From NCBI RefSeq assembly GCF_004765795.1, contig NZ_SBIV01000001.1:248001-312000 (forward strand): a stretch of DNA of 64,000 nt, given 5' to 3'. The translations under genes were made by a program, and so were the position numbers. Under the pieces are notes generated by a model. The model made no database searches and was not told the DNA's origin. It saw only the letters and a list, made by a program, of their open reading frames with translations. How positions within the stretch are numbered: position 1 is the first letter of the stretch; each line of letters starts with the position of its first letter. The DNA is from Halorussus marinus. Its GTDB lineage: Archaea > Halobacteriota > Halobacteria > Halobacteriales > Haladaptataceae. This document shows positions 9,160 to 19,804 of this stretch, in pieces.

Positions 9160-9849
9160 ATGAACGCCCGATACCGCGATCGCGCGGTCTACCTCCCCGA
9201 CGCCGACGCGCTCGTCGTCGCGGACGTCCACGTCGGCCGAGACGCCGCCTCCGCGGTCGAGATCCCGTTCGGGGAACGCGCGGACCTGACCGGTCGGCTC
9301 GCGGACCTGCTCGACGCGTTCGCCCCCGGCGACGTCGTCGTCGCGGGCGACCTGCTCCACGCCTTCGATCGGATCCCCGACGGCGTCGCGGAGACGGTCG
9401 ACGGGCTGGCGGCGGCGGTCGCCGACGCCGGCGCGGACCTGACCGTCGTCCGGGGCAACCACGACCGGCTACTCGACTCGTTCGACGTGGCGGCCACCGA
9501 CGCCTACCGCGTCGCCGACACCGTGATCTGTCACGGCCACGAGCGCCCCGACCCCCACGCCGACGCCGACCGGTACGTCGTCGGCCACGACCACCCGGCG
9601 ATCGAGATCGAGGGCAAGCGCCGGCCCTGTCTGCTCTACGGCCCCGGCGCGTTCCGCGGGGCCGACGTGCTGGTGCTCCCGGCGTTCACCCGTCTGGCGC
9701 CCGGATCGACGGTCAACGGCATGCGGACCGGCGACTTCATGTCGCCGCTCGTGACCGACGCCGACGCGCTCCGGCCGGTGGTCAGAGACGACGACCGCGG
9801 GGAGACGCTCGAGTTCCCGCCGCTCGGGGAGTTTCGCCGACTACTGTAA
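9160..9849 (+). CDS. Metallophosphoesterase
   Basis: ADVHVG, GDLLH, RGNHD, HGH, GHDHP motifs. Confidence 0.9.
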   Translation: MNARYRDRAVYLPDADALVVADVHVGRDAASAVEIPFGERADLTGRLADLLDAFAPGDVVVAGDLLHAFDRIPDGVAETVDGLAAAVADAGADLTVVRGNHDRLLDSFDVAATDAYRVADTVICHGHERPDPHADADRYVVGHDHPAIEIEGKRRPCLLYGPGAFRGADVLVLPAFTRLAPGSTVNGMRTGDFMSPLVTDADALRPVVRDDDRGETLEFPPLGEFRRLL

Positions 9850-11097
9850 GTCGAGGTCCGCCCGCACCGCGCGGGCGGCCGTCCGCCCGCTCTGCATGGC
9901 GGCGTTCAGCGACGAGGCCTCGGTGTACTCGCCGGCGAGGTACACCGACCCCTCCGGGGCTCGAACCGCCGGCAGGCCGTCGTAGACGCCCGGCGGTTGG
10001 GCGAACTGGCCGAACTCGATCCGGCTGGTGTGGAGTAGGTCGAGGTCGAGTCGGCGCTCGGGATACCACGATTCGAGGGTGCGGGCGGTCCGGGCCGCGA
10101 GCGTCTCGTCGGGGTCGTCGGGCGCGCCCAGATACGTCGCGCTCAGGAGGTTGCGATCCTCGGGGGCGTACTCGGGGGCGACCGACGAGAGCTGGGCGAT
10201 CTGGTTGGGCGACGCGCTCTCGGCGTTGAGCAACAGCCGCCTGCCGGCGTCGAGTTCCTCGCCGTCGAACGCGTAGTACTGGGTGACACACCCCTTGGCG
10301 TCGGTCGGGATCGCGTCGACGCCGGTGAGCTCGCGGGCCCGCTTCGGGTCGGTCGCGACCACCACCGCGTCGGCGGCGTCGGTCTCGCGGCCGAGTTCGA
10401 CCCGCCCGTCGGTCCCGACCTCGGTCACCGTCTCGTCGGTGACGATTCGGGCCCCCGCGTCGCGGGCCGACGCCGCGAGCTGGTCGCTGATCGCGCCCAT
10501 TCCCCGAGCCGGCACCGCGGTGTCGCCGGTCGCGAGCATCTTGAACGTGAACTCGAACGCCTTCCGAGAGGTCGAGAGGCTCCGATCGAGGGTGATGCCG
10601 CCGTAGAACGGCTCGGCGAAGTTCGCGAGGAACTTCCCGGAAAAGCCCCGCTCGCGGAGGTACTCGCGGGTCGAGGCGTCGGGACCGCCGAAGATCTCGG
10701 CGTCGGGTTTGTCCCGGAGCTCCCGGTAGAGCCCGAGCACCCGGAGCTTGTCGCCGACGGTCACGTCGCGGTTGAACAGGGTCTCGACCGCGCTGAACGG
10801 GTCCCGGAGCGGGTCCGACAGCGTCGCGCGGTGGCCGGGTCGGGCCACGACTGCGCCGGGGACGAACGTCCGGAGGTCGAGGGCGTCCAGATCGAGCTCT
10901 CGCCCGACCGCGGGGTAGGCGGTGAAAAGCACCTGAAAGCCGCGGTCGAAGACGAACCCGTCACGCCGGGTCGAGCGCACCCGGCCGCCGACCTCGCCGT
11001 GGCGTTCGTACAGTCGCACGTCCGCGCCCGCCTCGGCGAGGTGGCGGGCCGCGACCAGTCCGGCCAGTCCGCCGCCCGCGACGACGACTTCGGTCAT
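9841..11097 (-). CDS. FAD-dependent oxidoreductase (amine oxidase/phytoene desaturase family)
   Basis: VAGGGLAGL Rossmann motif, GGRVRS, FDRGFQV, AGEYT...AMQSG. Confidence 0.88.
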   Translation of the reverse strand: MTEVVVAGGGLAGLVAARHLAEAGADVRLYERHGEVGGRVRSTRRDGFVFDRGFQVLFTAYPAVGRELDLDALDLRTFVPGAVVARPGHRATLSDPLRDPFSAVETLFNRDVTVGDKLRVLGLYRELRDKPDAEIFGGPDASTREYLRERGFSGKFLANFAEPFYGGITLDRSLSTSRKAFEFTFKMLATGDTAVPARGMGAISDQLAASARDAGARIVTDETVTEVGTDGRVELGRETDAADAVVVATDPKRARELTGVDAIPTDAKGCVTQYYAFDGEELDAGRRLLLNAESASPNQIAQLSSVAPEYAPEDRNLLSATYLGAPDDPDETLAARTARTLESWYPERRLDLDLLHTSRIEFGQFAQPPGVYDGLPAVRAPEGSVYLAGEYTEASSLNAAMQSGRTAARAVRADLDLQ

Positions 11098-11209
11098 TGA
11101 CGGGCGTTGGGCCGCCCGGCACAAAATCTCTCCGTTCCGAGAGGAGGGCCGTCGGGCGTCCCGTCTCCGAGACACCACGCTTTTCCACCCGGCCCGCCAA
11201 GGGGTTCGC

Positions 11210-11614
11210 ATGGCAGACGACGAATCCAGCGACCAGTCCGAATCCGAGACAGACAACGGCGAGGACGAGAAGTCCTTCCGCGAGCGCGTCGAGGAGATCC
11301 GCGAGAAGCGCGCCGAGGAAGGCGAAGGCGAGGGCGATGACCGACGCGAGAAGATGGAAGAGATGATGGGCGGTGGCGGCCCCGGCGGCATGGGCGGTGG
11401 CGGCGGCAACCCCTTCGCCCAGATGATGGGCGGCATGATGGGCGGTGGCGGCCCCGGCGGCATGGGCGGCGGGCCCGGCGGCCCCGGCGGCCGACCCGGC
11501 GAGAGCGAGAGCGCCGGCAACGAGGAGCTCACCCGCGAGGTCCGACAGCTCCGCGACGAGGTTCGGGACGCGACCCGCCAGCTCCAGCGCATCGCCGACG
11601 CGCTCGAAGACTGA
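11210..11614 (+). CDS. Acidic Gly/Met-rich hypothetical protein with terminal coiled coils
   Basis: Host-like codon usage; internal perfect 35-bp repeat at 11363-11397 and 11435-11469. Confidence 0.8.
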   Translation: MADDESSDQSESETDNGEDEKSFRERVEEIREKRAEEGEGEGDDRREKMEEMMGGGGPGGMGGGGGNPFAQMMGGMMGGGGPGGMGGGPGGPGGRPGESESAGNEELTREVRQLRDEVRDATRQLQRIADALED

Positions 11615-11903
11615 GGCCGCGACGCGCGATTCTTTTCGGCTACTCGGTCGCGTAGTCGACCGTCGGCGCGGCGCGCTCACATCGCCCACCTCTGCGCGCC
11701 CCGCCCCGGCGACTACGCTTCGCTCCGATCGACGCCGCGGATAGCGTACCGGCCGATACCGGCGGCTTCGTCGCGGCTATCGCTCTTTTCGCCTTCAATC
11801 ACGAGCGCGGATTTCGTCGCCGAACCGGGGACGAAACCCCTCGCGAGGACTTCCGGGACGAACGGATTTAAGAGCGTCAGTGGGTTCATTTCGAATCGTA
11901 ACA

Positions 11904-13199
11904 GTGGCCGAGTCGACCGGCGGGACGCTCAGGCTGTTCGGGAACCGGGAGTTCGTGGCGCTGGCGAGCACCGCGTTCGCCCGGAGTCAGGCCTACTCGA
12001 CCATCCTGATCGCGCTGGCGCTGTACGCGGACATGTTCGGCACCTCCAGCACCGTCGAGGGGCTGTTTGGCACCGCGTTCGCCGCGGTCCAGTTGGTCAT
12101 CGTGCTCCCGCTGGGCCGGTACATCGACCTCAAGGACGCGAAGAAGTTCCTGCTGGCCGGACTCGTGCTCAACGTCGCCGTCTTCGTCGGGTTCGCGTTC
12201 GTCTCGGCGGTCGAACACGTCATCCTGCTCCGGGCGGTTCAGGGGCTGGGCGCGAGCATCCTCTGGCTGACCGGGACGACCGTCGTCGGCGAGATCAGCC
12301 CCGACGAGTCGCGGGGGCTGTGGATCGGCTCGTACAATCAGGTCGGCGCCATCTCCAGCCTGTTCGGCGACATCTTCGGCGGCCTGTTGCTGTTTCTCTA
12401 CGGCTTCGAACTGACGTACGCCGCGCTCAGCCTGTTCACGATCGGGGCGTTCGTCTCGGTGTACCTGTTCCTCCGGGACAACCCCGGCGGGACCGCCGAC
12501 CCCGAGGAAGCCTCCGGGATGGAGACCATCCGGGACCTCCTCGGCCGGCGGGCGATCAAGGCGCTCGTGTTCTTCCGGGGGTCGTTCAGCGTCGGCAAGA
12601 TGGCGGTCATCACGTTCCTCCCGATCTACGCCCGGACCGGGTTCGGCATCAACGCCTTCCTCATCGGCGGGATCATGGCCGGCGGCAAGCTCACCAAGGC
12701 ACTCACGCAGGGGTGGGTCGGCGACCTCACCGACCGGTTCGGCCGGAAGTACCGGTTCATCCTCGTGGGCGCGCTCGTCTACGCTGTCGGCACCGCGCTC
12801 ATCCCGCTGGCGGGGTTCGCGGAGGGGTACGTCCCCGGCGTGACCCTCGCGGCGTTCGGCGAGCAGATGGCGCTTCCGGGCGCCTTCTTCGTGCTGTTCG
12901 CCGCCTACGCCGTCCTCGGCGTCGGCGACAGCCTCCGGCTTCCCGCGAGCATGGCGCTGTTCGTCGAGGAGGGCGAGTACTTCGACGCGGTCGGATCGAG
13001 CCTCTCGTTGCGCTCGATCGCGTGGAAGGTCGGACAGGTCGGCGGCCCAGTGTTCGTCGGCGCGATCTGGGACGCCACGACGGTGCTGGTGGCGTTCTGG
13101 ACTGCCGCCGGGTTCATCGTCGTCTCGTCGATCGCGTTCGCGTACCTCTTCGCGTCGGAGGCCGCCCCGGAGGGCGCCGATGCGGTGGCCGGGGACTGA
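11904..13199 (+). CDS. MFS transporter
   Basis: About 12 hydrophobic segments; GDLTDRFGRK MFS motif; GTG start inferred. Confidence 0.88.
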   Translation: MAESTGGTLRLFGNREFVALASTAFARSQAYSTILIALALYADMFGTSSTVEGLFGTAFAAVQLVIVLPLGRYIDLKDAKKFLLAGLVLNVAVFVGFAFVSAVEHVILLRAVQGLGASILWLTGTTVVGEISPDESRGLWIGSYNQVGAISSLFGDIFGGLLLFLYGFELTYAALSLFTIGAFVSVYLFLRDNPGGTADPEEASGMETIRDLLGRRAIKALVFFRGSFSVGKMAVITFLPIYARTGFGINAFLIGGIMAGGKLTKALTQGWVGDLTDRFGRKYRFILVGALVYAVGTALIPLAGFAEGYVPGVTLAAFGEQMALPGAFFVLFAAYAVLGVGDSLRLPASMALFVEEGEYFDAVGSSLSLRSIAWKVGQVGGPVFVGAIWDATTVLVAFWTAAGFIVVSSIAFAYLFASEAAPEGADAVAGD

Positions 13200-13335
13200 G
13201 ACTCGGCCGGCGATTGTCCGGGGCGACTCCACGATCTCTCTGGCGGCGCGATCGTACCGCCGGCCCGAGAGCAGATCTCACGGGCGCTGGACTACCGACC
13301 GCGGGACGAGGCCGCGGCCGTCGTAGAAAGAAAGC

Positions 13336-13602
13336 TTAAACCGCGAGCTCGTCGGCGGCCTTGACGACGTCGACCGCCTCGGCGTCGATCGATTCGGTTT
13401 CGAGCCAGTGGGGGACGAAGTTGCGCTTCGCGAAGTCCTCGCGCTCGTCTTCGGTGCCGATGATACACCACAGCTGTGGTTCGTCGGGACCGTGCCAGTC
13501 GCCCTGCCGGCTGATGGAGAAGCAGACCCGCTCGCCGCCGTCGTACTCGATGATGGCGTTTCGCCGGATGCCCGGGTTCCCGTGGATGATGAGTCGCTTC
13601 AT
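13336..13602 (-). CDS. Conserved haloarchaeal hypothetical protein (HAH_0734-like)
   Basis: MKRLIIHGNPGIRR...GDWHGPDEPQLWC; acidic with host-like codon use. Confidence 0.75.
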   Translation of the reverse strand: MKRLIIHGNPGIRRNAIIEYDGGERVCFSISRQGDWHGPDEPQLWCIIGTEDEREDFAKRNFVPHWLETESIDAEAVDVVKAADELAV

Positions 13603-13676
13603 GCGAGTGGATTCGGAAGGACCGGGTAAAAGCGCTTCGGGACCGCCCGTTCGGCGTCTGGGCGGGGCGGGCCCGG

Positions 13677-14660
13677 TCAGGTCCACTCCCCGAGGCCGGT
13701 CTGGACCACCGACTCCTCGATGCGCTCGAAGCCGCGCTCGACCTCCCCGGCGCTGACCTCCCACTCGTCGACGACGTACTCGCGGGCGGCGTCGAGGTCG
13801 GGGTCCATCTCGGCGTCGAACGCGTAGTCGTCGGTGACCGACGGGTTCAGGAACAGCTCTCGGATCACGTCGACGTCCTTGTCGATGTGGGCGCCCTCGG
13901 CTTCGAGCACGCCCCAGATGTCGCCGTGCTCTTTGACCGTCTCGAGCGCGGTCTTCGGGCCGATGCCCGAGACGCCCTCGTTGAAATCGGTGCCACAGAG
14001 GATGCCGATGTCGACCAACTGCTCCCACGTCACCTCGAGGTCGTCGAGGGTGGCTTCGAAGTCCATCAGCTCGGGGTCGCCCTTGCTTGTGAGCTGGCGG
14101 AGCGTCAGCGGCGCCCCGAGCAACAGCGCGTCGTAGTCCTCGGTCCCGCAGTAGTCGACCGCGCCGACCCGGTTCATGTAGGCGGCCTGTGCCTCGCCCT
14201 CGGCCGGGGCCTCGATGTAGGGGACGTCGAGGCGGTCGAACAGCTCCCGGGTCGTGCGCTGGATGGTGTCGGTGAGCCGCTGAGTGTGGGCGTCGAGCCG
14301 GGCGACCTCGATCGCGTCGCCCGCCTCGCGCGCTTTCTCCAGCCGCTCCTCGCGGGCCTCGCGGGCCTCCCGGCGCTGTTCGATCTCCGCGGACTTGTGG
14401 TCGGTGACTGACCCGTCGAAGACGAACACGGGCGTCAGGTCGTTCTCGAAGAACTTCGGGAGCCCCTGGACGACGCCGATCAGGTTCGCGACCTCGGTGT
14501 CGTCGGCGGTGGTGTAGGCGTCGTCGGTGGTCCACTTGACGGTCGTCGTGAGGTACTTGTAGAGCCAGTTGTGGGCGTCGACGGCGACCGTCTCGCCGTC
14601 GAGGTCCTCGAAGGGGACCTCCGAGAGCACCGCGAGCTGCCGCAGATCGGTGTTTCCCAT
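13677..14660 (-). CDS. fen: Flap endonuclease 1
   Basis: [31 protein letters not shown] and C-terminal PIP box QTGLGEW. Confidence 0.96.
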   Translation of the reverse strand: MGNTDLRQLAVLSEVPFEDLDGETVAVDAHNWLYKYLTTTVKWTTDDAYTTADDTEVANLIGVVQGLPKFFENDLTPVFVFDGSVTDHKSAEIEQRREAREAREERLEKAREAGDAIEVARLDAHTQRLTDTIQRTTRELFDRLDVPYIEAPAEGEAQAAYMNRVGAVDYCGTEDYDALLLGAPLTLRQLTSKGDPELMDFEATLDDLEVTWEQLVDIGILCGTDFNEGVSGIGPKTALETVKEHGDIWGVLEAEGAHIDKDVDVIRELFLNPSVTDDYAFDAEMDPDLDAAREYVVDEWEVSAGEVERGFERIEESVVQTGLGEWT

Positions 14661-14764
14661 CGCCCGCCAGTAGGGCGCCCGCGGATTTGAAGGTCCGGGT
14701 TCGGCGTCGTCGGTCGCGGCCCGAATCCGACGCTTTTGTATCCACACCGCCGAAACCGAGCCCA

Positions 14765-15568
14765 ATGCCCGCGTTCTTCGACCGCCTCGCCGACCGCATC
14801 GCCGAGATCGACAGCGTCGTGTCGGTGGGTCTGGACCCCGACGAGGACCGCCTCCCCGACGCGGTCCGGGGCGCCGACCTGCCCCGGTGGGAGTTCAACC
14901 GACGGATTATCGACGCGACCCGCGAGTCCGCCGCCGCGTTCAAGCCCAACGCCGCCTTCTACGAGGACCCCGACGGCTGGCGCGCACTCGAAAAGACCGT
15001 CGACTACGCTCGCGAACGAGGCGTGCCGGTGTTGCTCGACGCCAAGCGCGCCGACATCGGTAACACCTCCCGGCAGTACGCGAAGATTCTCGACTCGGTC
15101 GACGCCATCACCCTCAACCCCTACCTCGGACGGGACGCGCTGGCGCCGTTTCTCGACCGCGAGACGGCGGGCTGTTTTCTGCTCTGTCGGACCTCTAACC
15201 CCGGCGGCGCGGACGTCCAGGACCTCGAACTCGCGGGGGGCGAACGCGTCTACGAGCGCGTGGCCGACCTCGCCGCCGAGTGGAACGACGCGGGCAACGT
15301 CGGGCTCGTCGTGGGCGCGACCTCCCCCGACGAGCTCCGGGCGGTCCGCGAACGCGTCCCCGAACTGCCGTTTCTCGTCCCCGGCGTCGGCGCGCAGGGC
15401 GGCGACGCCGCGGCGGCCGCCGAGTGCGCGACCGCGACGAACGGCGCCGGCCTCGTCAACTCGACGCGGGGCATCATCTTCGCGGGCGAGGACTCCGAGC
15501 GACCGTTCGACGAGGCGGCGGGCGAGGCGGCCGCCGACCTCGCCGAGCGGCTCAACGCCCACCGGTAG
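14765..15568 (+). CDS. pyrF: Orotidine-5'-phosphate decarboxylase
   Basis: [34 protein letters not shown]. Confidence 0.96.
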   Translation: MPAFFDRLADRIAEIDSVVSVGLDPDEDRLPDAVRGADLPRWEFNRRIIDATRESAAAFKPNAAFYEDPDGWRALEKTVDYARERGVPVLLDAKRADIGNTSRQYAKILDSVDAITLNPYLGRDALAPFLDRETAGCFLLCRTSNPGGADVQDLELAGGERVYERVADLAAEWNDAGNVGLVVGATSPDELRAVRERVPELPFLVPGVGAQGGDAAAAAECATATNGAGLVNSTRGIIFAGEDSERPFDEAAGEAAADLAERLNAHR

Positions 15569-15654
15569 CCGGGCCGCGGGCTCGGGAGCCGGAGTCGGCG
15601 CCCTACCCGCCCCGGACCGATAGCCATAATCGGCGCCCACACGAACGTCCGGGT

Positions 15655-15918
15655 ATGACACGGGAAGTCTCCGCGCGGCCCTACCTCGCGGGCGCCGCGG
15701 TCGTGGTGGTCGCGCTGGCCGGACTCCTCGGCGCGGTCGTCGGAACCACCGGCCAGCAGGAGGGGATGGCGATGGATCTCCTCGGAGTCGTCTCCTTCCA
15801 GATGACGCCGATTTCGATGGCGGCGTTCGGGATGACCGCGACCGCGGCGGTCCTCGCGCTCCTGTTCGGGCTCGTCAGCGTCGCCGCCGCGTACGACGAG
15901 GCCGAGACGACGGGGTGA
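15655..15918 (+). CDS. Small two-TM membrane protein
   Basis: MTREVSARPYLAG... two long hydrophobic helices. Confidence 0.7.
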   Translation: MTREVSARPYLAGAAVVVVALAGLLGAVVGTTGQQEGMAMDLLGVVSFQMTPISMAAFGMTATAAVLALLFGLVSVAAAYDEAETTG

Positions 15919-15975
15919 GCGGTCTCACACCCTCGGCCGACCCACCGGCGGTCGCCCGGCGAGCGGGGCCTGCGG

Positions 15976-16740
15976 TCAGCGCTCGACCCGGACGCGTTCG
16001 CCCGCCGAGAGCCCGAACGCCTCCTCGCCCCGGCCCCGATTGACCGCGAGCTCGACGTTGCCGTGGCTCCCGACCGTGACGAGGCGCTCGCCGGCCGCCC
16101 GCTCGGCGTACGCGCGAGCCACGGGCGCCGGTTCGCCGTTCACGATCACCGACTCGCGGTCGGCGAGAAACTCCCCGGGGACGTTGGTGACGACGTTGCC
16201 GAAGCCGTCGACGACGAGGACCTCTCCCACCGCCACGGCGCCGTCGCGGTCGGGGTCTGGAAATCGGAGGTCGACGAACTCGTCGGCCGGCGAGATCCGA
16301 TCGAGTCGCTCGAACGAGTCGACGCCGGCCTCGTGGACGTCGGCCGCCGCGGGCGCGAACACGTCCCGGCCGTGAAAGGTGGTGCTCTCGGTGTCTCGGT
16401 CGGCGTACGCGACGTCGAAGACCTCGACGCCCGCCTCCTCGCCCGCCAGCGCGCGGGCCGCCGGGAGCGCGAGCCCGTTGTCCGGCGCGACCAGCGCGTG
16501 ATCGCCGGCCCGGATCGCGAGCGCCGCCCGCTCGGTGCCGACGCCGGGGTCGACGACCGCGAGGTGGACCGCCGCCGGGAAATACGTCAGGACCTCCCGA
16601 AGCCAGAACGCCGCGGCACGCACGTTCTGGCGGGGGAAGTCGTGGGCCACGTCGACTAGCCGGGCGTCGGTTCGGCCGAGCAACACGCCCTTCATCGCCG
16701 CGGGGTACGGCGATCCGAAGTCCGAAGCGAGCGTTATCAT
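15976..16740 (-). CDS. SAM hydrolase / SAM hydroxide adenosyltransferase (DUF62)
   Basis: ITLASDFG, VVDPGVGT, STTFHGRDVFAP, DGFGN. Confidence 0.92.
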   Translation of the reverse strand: MITLASDFGSPYPAAMKGVLLGRTDARLVDVAHDFPRQNVRAAAFWLREVLTYFPAAVHLAVVDPGVGTERAALAIRAGDHALVAPDNGLALPAARALAGEEAGVEVFDVAYADRDTESTTFHGRDVFAPAAADVHEAGVDSFERLDRISPADEFVDLRFPDPDRDGAVAVGEVLVVDGFGNVVTNVPGEFLADRESVIVNGEPAPVARAYAERAAGERLVTVGSHGNVELAVNRGRGEEAFGLSAGERVRVER

Positions 16741-16787
16741 AGCCGATCGTTGGGGCGCCCCGGCCGTAAAAATCCCGACCCGGCGGT

Positions 16788-17306
16788 TCACTCGCCGTTG
16801 CTGTCCGAGTCGCTCACCTGCTGGATCCGGTCGAGTCCGCCACACTCCTCGACGACCTCGACCACGGCCTCGGGGACCAGCGACTCCCAGTCGTCGCCGA
16901 GGATCATGCGCTCGCGGACCTCCGTGCCCTCGAGGACGTCGCGGTTGAACATCGGCGACTGGCGCACCTCGACGCCCGCCTCCTCGAAGAGTCGGATGAC
17001 GAGGGGGTTGTTCGAGTAGGCGACGTCGAAGTCCGGACACATGCTCTGGACGTGGCTGACCCACACCGAGTTGCGCTCTAAGTCCTCAATCGGGACCGCG
17101 TAGGTCACCAGATCCGAGTCCACCAGCGACTTGGTGATCATCATGATGCGTTCGCCCGCCGTGAAGGGGTCGTGGCGGCTGTGGGAGTCGCCCGCGCTCC
17201 CGATGCCGAGGACCAGTTCGTCGACCTCCTCGGCGATGGTCTCGACCACGTTCCGGTGGCCGTTGTGGAACGGCTGGAACCGCCCGATGTAGAACCCGCG
17301 GGTCAT
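16788..17306 (-). CDS. nadM: Nicotinamide-nucleotide adenylyltransferase
   Basis: GRFQPFHNGH, DPFTAGER, GTEVRER. Confidence 0.95.
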   Translation of the reverse strand: MTRGFYIGRFQPFHNGHRNVVETIAEEVDELVLGIGSAGDSHSRHDPFTAGERIMMITKSLVDSDLVTYAVPIEDLERNSVWVSHVQSMCPDFDVAYSNNPLVIRLFEEAGVEVRQSPMFNRDVLEGTEVRERMILGDDWESLVPEAVVEVVEECGGLDRIQQVSDSDSNGE

Positions 17307-17476
17307 ACGCCACGTTGCGCTCGGGAGTTTTATAAGGGTGGCGAGTCGCCCGAGACGCCAGAAACGATCGACTCGGGCGCCGTCGCGCCGGATTCGCTGG
17401 CGGGCCGTCTCGGTCCGAGAGGGAGAAAGTATATCAGTTCGCCACCCCACCGTTTAGATACGTACAGGACCGTTCT

Positions 17477-19492
17477 ATGAGTAAGGATACCGACAACGAC
17501 GCTCCGCCGCCGGAGCAGACCCGCGAGCAGGGGGGCTCGGAGTTCGAGGACCTCGGTAGCGACGTCGATCCCGATATCGACGAAGCAGAGGTCGAGGACA
17601 CCGATCTGCTCGGCGGCTTGGATATCGAGACGACCGACGAGATAGACATTCCCGACCGACTGGTCGATCAGGTCATCGGTCAGGATCACGCACGCGACGT
17701 CGTGCAGAAAGCGGCCAAGCAGCGCCGCCACGTCATGATGATCGGCACCCCGGGGACGGGGAAGTCGATGCTGGCGAAAGCGATGAGCGAACTCCTCCCG
17801 AAAGAGGAGTTGCAGGACGTGCTCGTCTACCACAATCCCGACGACGGCAACGAGCCGAAGGTCCGGACGGTTCCGGCGGGGAAAGGCGAGCAGATCATCG
17901 AGGCCCACAAGGAGGAGGCCCGCAAGCGCAACCAGATGCGGTCGTTCCTGATGTGGGTCATCATCGCCATCGTAGTGGGGTACGCCCTGCTCATCGCGGG
18001 CCGGCCGCTGTTGGGCATCCTCGCGGCCGGGGTCATCTACCTCGCGTTCCGGTACGGTTCGCGGGGCAGCGACGCGATGATCCCGAACCTGCTGGTCAAC
18101 GCCGCCGACCAGACCACCGCGCCGTTCGAGGACGCCACCGGCGCCCACGCCGGCGCGCTGCTCGGCGACGTCCGCCACGACCCGTTCCAGTCCGGCGGGA
18201 TGGAGACCCCGAGCCACGACCGCGTCGAGGCCGGGGCCATCCACAAGGCCAACAAGGGCGTGCTGTTCGTCGACGAGATCAACACCCTCGACATCCGGTC
18301 CCAGCAGAAGCTGATGACCGCGATCCAGGAGGGCGAGTTCTCCATCACGGGCCAGTCCGAGCGCTCCTCGGGCGCGATGGTCCAGACCGAGCCGGTCCCC
18401 TGTGACTTCATCATGATCGCGGCGGGGAACATGGACGCGATGGAGAACATGCACCCGGCGCTCCGGTCGCGGATCAAGGGGTACGGGTACGAGGTCTACA
18501 TGGACGACACCATCGAGGACACCCCGGAGATGCGCCGGAAGTACGCCCGGTTCATCGCCCAGGAGGTCACCAAGGACGGTCGGCTCCCCCACTTCACCGA
18601 GGAGGCGGTCGAGGAGGTCATCCTCGAGGCCCAGCGTCGGTCGGGCCGGAAGGACCACCTCACGCTCAAGCTCCGGGACCTCGGGGGGCTGGTTCGGGTC
18701 GCGGGCGACATCGCCCGCGCCGCCGACAAGAGCCAGACCGAGCGCGAGGACGTGCTTCAGGCCAAGCGCCGGAGCCGCTCGATCGAACAGCAGGTCGCCG
18801 ACGAGTACATCGAACGGCGGAAGGACTACGAGCTTACGGTCAACGCCGGCGACGTGGTCGGTCGCGTCAACGGACTCGCCGTGATGGGCGAGGACAGCGG
18901 GATCGTCCTCCCCGTGATGGCGGAGGTCACGCCGTCTCAGGGACCGGGCGAGGTCATCGCCACCGGTCAGCTCAAGGAGATGGCCATGGAGGCCGTCCAG
19001 AACGTCTCGGCGATCATCAAGAAGTTCTCCGACGAGGACATCACCGAACGCGACGTCCACATCCAGTTCGTGCAGGCGGGTCAACAGGGCGTCGACGGCG
19101 ACTCGGCGTCGATCACGGTGGCCACCGCGGTCATCTCGGCGCTCGAGGACATGCCGGTCGCACAGGACCTCGCGATGACCGGCTCGCTGTCGGTCCGGGG
19201 CGACGTGCTTCCGGTCGGCGGCGTGACCCACAAGATCGAGGCCGCCGCGAAGGCGGGCCTCGACCGGGTCATCATCCCGAAGGCCAACGAGGACGACGTG
19301 ATGATCGAAGCGGAGTACGAAGAGCAGATCGAGATCATCCCGGTCACCCACATCAGCGAAGTGCTCGACGTGGCGCTGGCGGGCGAGGCCGAGAAGGACA
19401 GCCTCGTCGATCGGCTCAAGAACATCACCGGCTCCGCGCTCGAACGGCAGGTCGGCCGGTCGGGCACCGGCGGTAGCCCGAGCCCGCAGTAA
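17477..19492 (+). CDS. lonB: Archaeal membrane-bound Lon protease LonB
   Basis: Walker A GTPGTGKS, TM insert, VDGDSAS catalytic Ser, KIEAA Lys. Confidence 0.97.
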   Translation: MSKDTDNDAPPPEQTREQGGSEFEDLGSDVDPDIDEAEVEDTDLLGGLDIETTDEIDIPDRLVDQVIGQDHARDVVQKAAKQRRHVMMIGTPGTGKSMLAKAMSELLPKEELQDVLVYHNPDDGNEPKVRTVPAGKGEQIIEAHKEEARKRNQMRSFLMWVIIAIVVGYALLIAGRPLLGILAAGVIYLAFRYGSRGSDAMIPNLLVNAADQTTAPFEDATGAHAGALLGDVRHDPFQSGGMETPSHDRVEAGAIHKANKGVLFVDEINTLDIRSQQKLMTAIQEGEFSITGQSERSSGAMVQTEPVPCDFIMIAAGNMDAMENMHPALRSRIKGYGYEVYMDDTIEDTPEMRRKYARFIAQEVTKDGRLPHFTEEAVEEVILEAQRRSGRKDHLTLKLRDLGGLVRVAGDIARAADKSQTEREDVLQAKRRSRSIEQQVADEYIERRKDYELTVNAGDVVGRVNGLAVMGEDSGIVLPVMAEVTPSQGPGEVIATGQLKEMAMEAVQNVSAIIKKFSDEDITERDVHIQFVQAGQQGVDGDSASITVATAVISALEDMPVAQDLAMTGSLSVRGDVLPVGGVTHKIEAAAKAGLDRVIIPKANEDDVMIEAEYEEQIEIIPVTHISEVLDVALAGEAEKDSLVDRLKNITGSALERQVGRSGTGGSPSPQ

Positions 19493-19586
19493 CGCGGCCC
19501 CGTTTCTCTCGTTTTCGATCGGCCGGCGGCCGCCACCTCGACCGCGAACACGAACATCTATTAGATGACGTGTCCTATAGGGAGAC

Positions 19587-19787
19587 ATGGGACTCAAAAA
19601 GAGCCTCCTGAGTGGACTCGTCGCGTTCGCAGTCGCAACCCTCGCGGTCCGGACGCTCGCCTCCTCCCGGAGCGGGACGAAGATCGGCCTGCTGGCAGGC
19701 GGCGCTGTCGCGGTCCGGACGCTCCTGTCCGGTGGCGACGACGACGCCGTCGAAGAGTTGTCCATCGAGGACCCCGCCGCGGAGTAA
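19587..19787 (+). CDS. Small hydrophobic hypothetical protein
   Basis: 66-aa ORF with two hydrophobic stretches and acidic tail; T-tract follows at 19799. Confidence 0.6.
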   Translation: MGLKKSLLSGLVAFAVATLAVRTLASSRSGTKIGLLAGGAVAVRTLLSGGDDDAVEELSIEDPAAE

Positions 19788-19795
19788 CGACGCCT

Positions 19796-19804
19796 CACTT
19801 TTTG
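19796..19804 (+). terminator. Oligo-T terminator candidate
   Basis: cacttttttg a few bases after the stop at 19787. Confidence 0.45.

Noticed and set aside
11650..11790. Inverted repeats (gcgtagtcg/cgactacgc) in the spacer before the MFS gene
   Set aside because: Short GC-rich stems are expected at this composition, and I recognised no RNA family
15976..16740. Fluorinase/chlorinase
   Set aside because: The DUF62 Asp/Arg/His-type motifs (FHGRD) and housekeeping context beside nadM favour a SAM hydrolase
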